A DNA stretch of 64,000 bases from Macrostomum lignano (taxonomy: Eukaryota): the NCBI GenBank assembly GCA_002269645.1, contig NIVC01001178.1:62001-126000 (forward strand), in the 5' to 3' direction. Both the position numbers and the translations under genes were made by a program. The notes beneath the pieces are model-generated. The model did not search any database. It worked only from the letters and a program-made list of their open reading frames with translations, and was not told the origin of the DNA. How positions within the stretch are numbered: the first letter of the stretch is position 1; every line of letters starts with the position of its first letter. This document shows, one piece after another, positions 17,939 through 27,244 of this stretch.

Positions 17939-19289
17939 TAGGGATGTCAATTCCCTAGACTTTCTACTCCCTAGGGTCCCCGGGGAATTTGAACCCTTTC
18001 CCTGGGGTTTCCCTGGGGAGGGAGTTAAATAGTAATTTGTTAATATCTATTAAGAAAATGATATTTTATACCTTTCAATGTGCTTTTACAATACTTTACT
18101 TTGTTTTCATGCTCATTCACACAATCATACTGTCATAGGAGTCAGGGCCAGGGGCAAACCAACTTCACCCAAGCCTCTGACCAAAAGATTTCAAGGTTTT
18201 GCATCTCCCTCTAGCAGATAGTGCAAAATAATAATTTTGAACACAATGAACACAATAATTGAGTATTGAAAATAGTTTTTATTTTGTAAATACTAAAAAT
18301 GAAAACTTTTTTTATTATTTGTTAGCACAGTTAGGGGACTATTAGTATTAGCAGCATATATGGCTGAGCAGCTATATGCCTGTAAGACCTGGACATTTAA
18401 CTAGGCTAGGAATCCTTTTGTTTTATGATTACTAAGATGCATAAACTGATGCTCTGATTATATATTTATTGCGTGTAGCAGGTTGTGATATACAGCTGAA
18501 ATCTATATCCAAGTCCAAGGCTGCCATACACAAGGGGGCCATAGCCCAGTGGTAGAGCAGCTGCTCTGGTATGCCAGCAACCCAGGCTTAGTTACAAGTG
18601 CAGTCACATTACTTTGGGGCTGAATTGGAATCTCAACTTGGCTCTGCTCGTGCAATTAATGGCCTTGAGAGCCAACCCCCCAAGGCGCAGTGAAGTGTAC
18701 ATGCCTAATGATAATATAAAGTTAGGGCTACTGTACACTCCTGTGTGAGTGTGTGCCTACGTACATATCCGGGCGCTTGTATGCCTGCTCAGAGGAGTCG
18801 GCAGAATGGGCAATAATGCCTCTTGCCAGTTGTGTGCCTATGTCGCTCAAAGTGCGTCAGGGTGCACACAACCCCCCTGCCTCTAATAAAAAAAGGCTGC
18901 CACACGCTTATAGAAAAATACTATAAGTTGCATGCTTAAATATGAGTCTTATTTTTTAGAAATGAAATCTATTTAGACAAAATATTAAAATTTGTCTAAC
19001 ATATTATTAGTTAGAACCCTAGAATAAATTGATACTGAGTGTGACTACTTACTATAAATAGTATAATATGAAGAATTGCTCACTCTAGAGCATTATGGAC
19101 AAGCATACAAACAAATAAACCTTAGAGATTTAGTATATTTGGACTATAATATATAAATACTATAATAGTACTTTTTCTTTAATTGTATTTTGTCCAGGGA
19201 CAGGGATCCCCGGTGGATCTCCCTAGGGTGCCTTCCTAGTGGTACACCCCGGGGAGGCCAAGGAGTGCTCCCTGGGGATGATATCCCTA
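17939..19289. mobile_element. Non-autonomous hAT-type DNA transposon
   Basis: TIR TAGGGATGTCA / TGATATCCCTA (1 mismatch); perfect 8-bp TSD CAAGATAC (17931-17938, 19290-19297); CCCTAGGG, CCCCGGGG and CCCTGGGG subterminal motifs at both ends; no transposase. Confidence 0.88.
18534..18894 (+). mobile_element. tRNA-derived SINE nested in the hAT element
   Basis: tRNA-like head GGGGGCCATAGCCCAGTGGTAGAGCA (A box) with a decayed B box, and an AATAAAAAAA tail. AAGGCTGCCA flanks it at 18517-18526 and 18893-18902 as a probable TSD. Confidence 0.7.
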
Positions 19290-21062
19290 CAAGATACATG
19301 AGTTGGCTTATCAGAGGGTCAGTGTTATTTATGAACAGATTAAAGTCTTTTTAGTATATAAAATTTAATAGTGTTATTTATTTTATTATTTTATACTTTT
19401 TAATATGACTAGGCTTTTCTTATAGAATAATGAATGGGAATTAATTTATATAAAAATGAGAATATAGTTGCCAAACCTGTTAGGCCCATAAAATTCTATG
19501 CTGTTATAAAAGAAACAGATCCTTGGCCAATTTTTTTGTTTTGCTACAACTGCAATCTTCAATTTTGTGCTAAATGTAAAGAACTGACATATGGCCAGTT
19601 TCTCCCACACATTTTTTAGAGTGGAATTAAGTTTTTTTTATTAAAATGTCAATAGTGTCAACAACTGTATTCTAGATAATTAGCAACAAACTATGTTTTT
19701 AAGTAAAATTTTTTGTACTGGGAGAGCAGTTTTCCTCAAACACCAACTTTATTCCAACATAAGGTACCTTGTTTTCCGCAGAGATTTATCCACATAGGCC
19801 ACAAATAAAATGCTATAAATATGAAGCTTGGTTAAAAACACATGGACAATTTTGCTTATTAGTGAGCATGGAAATGAGTATTATCTAGTTAACTCTAATT
19901 GAAAGATTTTATTTGGTTCTTTATTTAGGCCTAGCCATGCTAGAAAAAGAATGGCTTAAAGTAAAAGAATATGATCAATATGAATTTATGACACTACAAA
20001 TTAGAGTCCAATTTGAATAGTAAGATTTGCGACGCCAGTTGGAGGCTATAGAAGAGTGCTCATCATCGGGGCACATAAGACTCGCAGTGAATGCCTTTCA
20101 GGTCTATAGTCACAAAACCAAGTGTCAGGTTAGTGGTCAAGTTTAGCATTTAAATGATGCTGGATCTGTCTTTACTTGCATCTTAATAATAATTACATAA
20201 TAATTTATAACTAAAATGTGTTGTTTCTATGCCTGTCTATACAAAATTATAAATTCTAATATGCAAGCATAAATAAAAGCATAAAAGGTATAAACATGTT
20301 TTATGCAAATATATAAGAGCCTCATCTTCAAGTGACACTTGACACCAACAAGATTCTACAAACCAGTCAGATGGTTGTTCTCAAGGGTGCAGTATCCCCG
20401 AAGGCTAGGGGAATCCTTCTAAGTTTTGTGACTGGGTCAGACCACGTTTTTAGTAATAAAAATTCATCACTCTCTACACATGATGCGTGACAATTTCATA
20501 GCAGGTAGTTGAAATTGTGGTGATAGGTAACTTTGAAGTGAAGTTTTAATAATTGGGTTGATTGTGTAGCCTTTATATTTAATTTATAAGCTCAAGAGAT
20601 GTAAGTTTTTATAAAAGAACCTTTATATACGAGTACATTTAAAGGTTTCTTTTTTGAATGCTCAAAAATCAATAAATATTATTTGCTCTTTAAGCTTCAC
20701 AATTCTGTGCAAGTTGTCAATGGATACAGCCTAATTGACAGTGAACATTGCGAACGCGTCAATGCTTTGCTTCATCCATATGGCCCACAACTGAAGGAGA
20801 TGCGTTTGGACAGGCACACTTTTTTCTAGCCTATATTATTAGGCATCTAAATGTGTCCCATTTCCTTAAATCTGGTAAGCATGTGTGGCAGTCGAGTGCC
20901 ACTGATGAAAACTTAATGAAACAATTACGCTAAGTTGCATGTGTGGCAGTTGGGGGCTGCCACTAATGAACTTTAATATTCTAGTTTCTAAATTTAATAT
21001 TATTTTACGTGATGTGGTAGTTGGGTACCACCGATTGATTATTGGCTCATATGGTTACTTAA

Positions 21063-21460
21063 TACGAAGAGCTTGCGTGCACGGCCGCCGTTCACGTAAG
21101 CTCAGAATTGCGTGCACGGCAGAGCTATATCTTATAGGCTTATACAGTAAGTCATATACTATTCGAATTAATATTCAAGTTAACAAAAAAACAATGAATT
21201 AAGATTACATTTGCAGTCCATGGTGTACGGGGGATAAAACATTATAAAACAATATAGTAAAAATATTTTTTAATTAGGTTTGCCAATGCCAATGCGTGGA
21301 TTTAAGGGCCCCAGTCCCGGCCAATTGCCGGCTGCCGTGCACGCAATTACAACACTAGGTGTACGGCTGCATACATGCAAATAAAGCACTAGGTAGATAG
21401 CCGCCGTGCACGCAATTCTGAGCTTACGTGAACGGCTGCCGTGCACGCAAGCTCTTCGTA
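21063..21460. mobile_element. MITE with ~65-bp TIRs (Tc1/mariner-like if the TSD is TA)
   Basis: TACGAAGAGCTTGCGTGCACGGCCGCCGTTCACGTAAGCTCAGAATTGCGTGCACGGC at 21063 is the near-perfect reverse complement of 21402-21460. Flanks read as CTTAA/CTTAA or TA/TA. Confidence 0.8.
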
Positions 21461-21539
21461 CTTAATAACATTACAGTTTCTGGACAATAAAATTATGCGT
21501 ACCCTATTCTGGTCCCCGTTAGTCCACTCCCTGGCGCAA

Positions 21540-24298
21540 GTCATGACGTATTTTTGCCCCCTTTCTGTTCCCCCTTGCCCCATTTTCTGGCGTTATTTGA
21601 CCAAATTGTGTTTTCCTTTTGTTTTACTATGTATTTCTGCGGTAATTTTGTTGATTCCCCTTTCTGGCCTTTTGAGTTTTCGCCCTTCCCCAGTTTCTGG
21701 GCCTCGCCAGCCTTTTTGTGACCTGTTTCCTGGGTATTTATTCCCGCCCCTTGCGCCTGTCCTCCCTTCATGCTCTTGCTCCCTCCCCCTTTTCTCCTAC
21801 TCTGACGTCCCTTAACTTAATAACGTTTAGTTAACGTAGTCTATTACTTGCAGGAAAGAAAACCTAACTTAGTTTTATTTAAGTAAGCCCGCACTGCGGC
21901 ACCCCTGATTCATCTTTCGTCGGTGGTCTCTTATTTTACGCGCGTGAGGCCTAGTTTAATATTTTAGTTTTTTCTTTTATACTAACTCGATAATCAATAA
22001 ACTCGCAATATTCTACTGCAATCCGTTTCTTCGATTAAAGCCATAGTTAACTTAAGTCATTTGCCCGTGGGGCGTAAAATAACCCAGTCTCACCTCGAAG
22101 CAAGCTCTGAGACTTTTCCCAACGTTCCGTAATACGCAAATTACGGTGGTGGCAGCGCTACTCTACTGTTAATAACACAGCAAGAATACGAGACACATTA
22201 AATTTTACGGTGTCTGAGGACCCGCTATCTGAACGCTCGCGCCAAACGAAGGCCGCTCGCCTACGACCAAAACTACCCTCCCCCCGGGATTGAGGACCCC
22301 GGCAGACGGAGTATCTACGAGTTGTTTTCATCGGGATCCGTTCACACAAACTTTCCGGATTTAATTCGTGCGAAATAACGAAGGCGCCCAATCGAAGGCC
22401 TGAGCCGCTCAAATTCGACATTAGATCAAGTGAACACCGGACAATCCCGACCACCCCAAGTCTAAATCGCCCCCACCTCAGTGACTTATTAAACCACCTT
22501 TTGACCCATTCCCGCTGTCCCCAGTTTTGGTCCTCTGTGTCCACCCGTTGCCCCAGTTGTTGGTTTATTTCGTCATTTCCCCGTTCTTGCGATGGTTTTC
22601 CCACTCCTTTTTCTGGTCTTTTGCGTCCCTCCTTTGGAAACTTTGTTTATCGCCCTATCTTTCCGTGTTAATTTTGTCTGTTCGTTGCTTGGACCCCGTG
22701 ACCACCTTTTGCCACCAATGTTTGACCCCATTTGTCCATCTTTTGCGTTTTCAATCTCTATATAATGGTGCCCCTAGAGCTGCCCAAATTTTTGGACCTT
22801 TCTTTGATTTTAATCTTTCTTTAAGGTTCTTTGTGTTTTCTTTCTCCTTGCCCACCCTCGCTCTCTCTCCCCATTCGATTTAACGACTAATATTTAATTC
22901 TCCCAACTTATTCACAACTAGCGTTAAGCCGTTTGTTTTATCCAGTCGTGCACCGCGGCACCAGCTAATCATCCGCCGGAGTAAGGTTCGGTCCCTTCTA
23001 CTATTTACTACTTGAACTCTTACGAGCTAATAAAACAGTTGATCTGACGCTAATTTTCATTAATAACCCGAAGCCTAGTTTATTTGGAGTCATTTGCCCG
23101 TGGGGCGTAAAACAACCCAGTCTCATCTCGAAGCAAGCTCTGAGACCCCAACGTTCCGTAATACGCGAATTACGGTGGTGGCAGCGCTACTCTACTGTTA
23201 GTAACAAGTTACGTCAAACATACGAGATACGATCAATTCGGTGTCTGAGGATCCGCTCTGAACGCTCGCGCCAACGAAGACCGCTCGACTACGACTAAAC
23301 TACCCTCCCCCCGGGATTGAGGACCCCGGCAGTCGGAGTAACTAAGGAGAAGATTCGTTGTGATTCGTCTGCGCGATTTTTCCGGATTCAATTCGAGCGA
23401 ATTCAACGCCTTTCGGTTTCGCAGAAACCCAAACTTTTTTTTCAAAACTACCAACTTTCAATTTTTTAAAATCTTTCTCCGCCCCACCTCACATGCACAA
23501 GAAACATTAATTTTTGACTTTTCGTATCCATCCAGTGAATATTGGCGCATCATTTTCCGTCAAGTGGCCGCCCAGCCACTGTTTTTAGTTTTCCACTTGT
23601 TGCTAAAACGCGCTCCCTTGCGATGGATTTTTGTTAAAGTTTTCTTCTTTTTCCTTTGCGGCAAGCCGTCCACCTAAAGTTTCCACGCATTGAAACTTTG
23701 CTCCATCGGCCTGTCCAGTTTATCTTCCAAACGATGTGCATGTAATTCGCTCTTTATTTATAATTATCTGCGCACGATTAGTTGTTTTCTAACTCTTTTG
23801 GCCTTCAACCCCCCCCCCCCCCCTGTTTCCTTGATCAACCTTTTGGTTCACGAAATCTAATTTTCGTTATTTTCTAAGTTTATTTAGCGCACCGGCGCCC
23901 GTCAACATCTCCGTCGTCTGAAATATTAAAGTTACTAATCATAAGCCTGCATTATTATTAATAAACCAAGCCTATAAACCTTTATTCCGAGTCATATTTA
24001 ATCTGTTGACATAAGCCATAGCATTTATTGAGTCATTTGCCCGTGGGGCGTAAAATAACCAAGTTCTCGTCTCAAAGAAAGCTCTGAGACTTATCCGTTC
24101 CGTAATACGTAAATTACGGTGGTGGCAGCAACTGAAAGTAACCAGTTCAACACATCGGCGCATTAATTTACGGAGCCAGAATCTTCGGTGTCTACACTGA
24201 ACGACCGTGCCGCTCTACGACCGCTCCGCTGCGATTACGACTACCCTCCCCCGGACTTGAGAACCCGGCAGTCGGAGTAAAAGGAGAGAATTTTCCTG
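21540..24298 (+). repeat. Three diverged ~0.95-1.03-kb tandem units (LTR/leader-like); the third is interrupted by the Gypsy element and resumes at 34463-~34520
   Basis: Anchor GTCATTTGCCCGTGGGGCGTAAAA at 22056, 23089 and 24032. The copy-3 sequence rejoined across the Gypsy TSD matches copy 2 at 23345-23410. Confidence 0.8.
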
Positions 24299-25437
24299 TG
24301 TAGTGAGTCGCTAGTTTAGTTAGGCGCCGCACTAGTCAGCTGTTGCCCTCGCCTTCTCCCCAGGTTTCTGTCTGCCGCTGGGCAGTTGCCTGTCCCTCCC
24401 GCCTGTCCCCTGGCCTGTCCTCTGCCCGTTTGTCTGTCTGTCTGTTTGTCCTCGTTTGCCCCCTTTTGTCTCGTTTTCCCTTTTTGCAGTGCCCAGACAG
24501 CTTGGTCTGGCCTGCCTCTGTTTCGTTCTCTGTCAGGCATCTCCAAATTTGGAGTGCCTTTCTGTTTTCCGGTCCCACGGTCACGAGTGCCTTCACTTGT
24601 GGGCCGTTTCCCCTTGTCATGTGAGTCAGTCACATGACAAGGCCCTCTTCCTTCTTTAGTCCAAAGTGCAATGATTTCATCATTGTACGCTGGGCTCGTG
24701 TTTATGGGGAGATCACGTGCGCCCGGACCCCCCCCCCTTGCCTCCTCTGAGGCAGGGCCCGCTTGTTTGTTGCTAAAAATAGCAACAGAGTCACTTATGA
24801 CGCTCAGCGGGGGCCTTTCGTAATGTGGTGCAATCGATCCTCCCTATAAATGCAGCCCCTCTCCTGGCTTGGCTCAGACAAGCCTTCCTTTCCTTCCGTT
24901 AACCGTTCCTTCCGTTTCAAGTGTTTCTACGTTTTCCGCGTTCCGTTTTCGTTTCTAGCGAACACTAAGTTGTGTGCCAAGTTGGCGCTTAAGTTGAACT
25001 CCAAGGCTCCCGACTTTGTGCGTGACTGCCTCTGATTGTTCCTGCTATCAATTAGCAGGCCAGCTCAGATCGCCCGAAGCTAGCACTTTCGCTCTCACCC
25101 CGCACTAGCCCGGCAGGGACTGCTGAAGGTGGGCACCTCTGCGCGAGAACTGCTAAATCTGCACGAAGTGCGAGTCTCTTTCTCTCGTCTTAGTTATTTG
25201 CTTCTACGAGCTCAGCACCTCACCGAAGGCTGCGACTCTGCGAATCTGGTGGCAGCACTACCGACGCTACTAGATCAACCCGGAGACTTCCCAGAGGAGC
25301 TCCAGGGAGGCAGCTCACGTGACTGACAGGGAAGTAACTGGAACCAAATAATTCATTGGTGGCAGCGGTGGGATCTGCACAAAGACCTGCCAGGCCACCT
25401 CTAGACGCTATCGAGGAAAGTACAAGCAAGTACTTCA
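24299..25437 (+). repeat. 5' LTR (1139 bp)
   Basis: Near-identical to 33321-34458. Three differences found by eye: C-run length, CTGAAGG/CTGACGG and ATAATTCA/ATACTTCA. TATAAA at 24845. Confidence 0.96.
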
Positions 25438-25438
25438 C

Positions 25439-25460
25439 TGGTGGCAGCGGTGGGATTCGA
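25439..25460 (+). promoter_or_regulatory. Primer-binding site complementary to the tRNA-Leu 3' end
   Basis: TGGTGGCAGCGGTGGGATTCGA lies 1 nt after the LTR CA and is the reverse complement of the eukaryotic tRNA-Leu(AAG/TAG) end ...TCGAATCCCACCGCTGCCA-CCA. Confidence 0.85.
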
Positions 25461-25552
25461 CGAGTCAACGACACGACTATCTGGGATTCGACGAGTCAAC
25501 GACACGACTATCTGGGATTCGACGAGTCAACGACACGACTATCTGGGATCCG
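25452..25552 (+). repeat. 31-bp tandem repeat starting inside the PBS (GGGATTCGACGAGTCAACGACACGACTATCT x3 plus a partial copy)
   Basis: Copies start at 25452, 25483, 25514 and 25545. Confidence 0.9.
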
Positions 25553-25631
25553 ACAAGTCAAGATTCGACTACTACTACACCCAAGACAACCGCTCTTTCG
25601 AGTAAGAATTCGGCTATTCTACTAATTTGAA

Positions 25632-26801
25632 ATGTTTAACGAGAGAGAAGAGAGCCGGTGCAGCAGCCGGCTGGATCAGCACATCAGCAGTTCGAGACCC
25701 GCAGCAGCATCGGCTGCCGCAGCAGCAGCGGTCAACGACCTTGGTCAGCAGATGCCGCGGCGAAGTGCGAGAAGCGAAGTGTCCGAAGACCCGCCAGACG
25801 AGCTTCTGCCAGGTTTGGACGACCTCGGCCAGAACATCAGGCCCCAGGATGTGAGAACGATGATGGCAGCTCTGCAGCAGCAGATGGAGCGGCCGGTAAG
25901 CAAGTCTGTTAAGATTGTAAAGTACACGCCCAGCCAGGACATCCATGTCTGGCTCGCCGCGTTCGAGCAGCGCTGCGAGATGGAGCGTATCGAAGACCCG
26001 ATCGAGATGAAGCAGCACCTCGTTGCGAGTCTAGATCTGGCAACCGCTTACCCGGCTCTGCTCAGTATGCACCTCCCACGCTATGCTGGCTACGAGGAGG
26101 TCAAGCAGCGATTGATCGAGAGATTCGCCCGCCACGGTGGCGCGGATGAATATCGAGAGCTGCTGAGGCGCCGTCAGCAAGGCAAGAACGAGTCAGCAGA
26201 AGAGTACGCTGATGCCCTGCGCACCTTGGGAGAGCGAGCGTACCCTCGAATGCACCCTGAGGATCGAGAGCGGGAGCTGGCTGATCAGTTCCTAGCTGGC
26301 ATCAGGACGACACCAGATCTGCGCGAGCGGCTCTATTGGGTCCGCCCGAACAATCTGCTGGCCGCCATTCGAGAACTCCATCGTCTGGAAGGCGCTAAAG
26401 AACTGGCGCAGCGCTCTGCTCAACCCCCGGTTCGCATGCTGAACGGGGAGCGCGACGGTGACCCGACGCCCGACGCCACCGCTCAAGCTCTCCTGGCTCT
26501 GACTGATCTGCTAGAGAAACAGCAGCGACTGCTAGACAACCTGGTGCAGCGTGACCAGCAGCAGAAGACGAGTCCGCCTGCGAAAGCCATAATCTGCTAT
26601 GGCTGTGGTCAGCCTGGTCATCGCAATGCACAGTGCCCGTTACGCCAGAACCAGGGAAACGGCGAGACGGAGAGCGCCCACGGCAACGCCCTCCGCAGAG
26701 CCCAAGCCCCGGCTACTTGGCAGACTCCGAACGCTCACCAGAAGAAGAGGATGTCGGCTGCGCAGGCGCCAATGCCCAGTCCGACAGTCGCTCATCAGTA
26801 A
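25632..26801 (+). CDS. gag: Gypsy Gag (capsid plus single CCHC knuckle), 389 aa
   Basis: Capsid-like WLAAFE...RRQQGKNESAEEYADALRTL; knuckle CYGCGQPGHRNAQC. Confidence 0.92.
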   Translation: MFNEREESRCSSRLDQHISSSRPAAASAAAAAAVNDLGQQMPRRSARSEVSEDPPDELLPGLDDLGQNIRPQDVRTMMAALQQQMERPVSKSVKIVKYTPSQDIHVWLAAFEQRCEMERIEDPIEMKQHLVASLDLATAYPALLSMHLPRYAGYEEVKQRLIERFARHGGADEYRELLRRRQQGKNESAEEYADALRTLGERAYPRMHPEDRERELADQFLAGIRTTPDLRERLYWVRPNNLLAAIRELHRLEGAKELAQRSAQPPVRMLNGERDGDPTPDATAQALLALTDLLEKQQRLLDNLVQRDQQQKTSPPAKAIICYGCGQPGHRNAQCPLRQNQGNGETESAHGNALRRAQAPATWQTPNAHQKKRMSAAQAPMPSPTVAHQ

Positions 26802-27244
26802 GTGAGGCTGAGTGCGGAGGTTTCGTGGACACCTCCGATGATCAAAAAATCCATGTGCGTGAGGCCGATCCGTACGTCACCGGCCGATTGGCGGGCCGAG
26901 AAGTCCCTTTCCTACTAGACAGCGGCAGTCGGAAAAACTTTCTTGGAGCGTCGACCTGGGCCAATGTTAGACGTCGGATGCCTCGTTGTATCATATCGCA
27001 TGCTATCCCGGATTGCGTGACCATGTACGACGGTACGCAGCTACCCCTTGCGTGTAAGGTGATCATCCCGGTGGAGTTCGGTGATGTCGTCGCGGACACC
27101 GAATTCCTGGTCACGGTCACCGATTGTGAAAATTTGCTTGGTATTAATTTCATGCGTGAACACTGCCAAAACTTGGACTTTGCTCAAGGAATGCTAAAGT
27201 TCAACAATGGCGCGTGCATTCCCGTTCGCTATTCGCGCCGTTAG
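26654..27244 (+). CDS. Aspartic protease in the -1 frame relative to gag, ending in TAG in frame with the downstream pol
   Basis: FLLDSGSRKNFLG active-site motif and LLGINFM flap/C-terminal motif; GGGAAAC at 26654. Confidence 0.85.
   Translation, partial: GKRRDGERPRQRPPQSPSPGYLADSERSPEEEDVGCAGANAQSDSRSSVSEAECGGFVDTSDDQKIHVREADPYVTGRLAGREVPFLLDSGSRKNFLGASTWANVRRRMPRCIISHAIPDCVTMYDGTQLPLACKVIIPVEFGDVVADTEFLVTVTDCENLLGINFMREHCQNLDFAQGMLKFNNGACIPVRYSRR

Noticed and set aside
18534-18610. Functional tRNA gene
   Set aside because: The A box is present, but the T arm/B box and 3' acceptor strand do not form; better read as a SINE head.
20870-20930. Hammerhead ribozyme (CTGATGA...GAAAC after a hairpin)
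   Set aside because: There is no NUH triplet adjacent to stem I, stem II is not credible, and the core is not conserved in the neighbouring repeats.
25452-25552. CRISPR-like array (also considered for 56842-58272)
   Set aside because: The repeats are head-to-tail with no unique spacers, there are no cas genes, and the context is eukaryotic.
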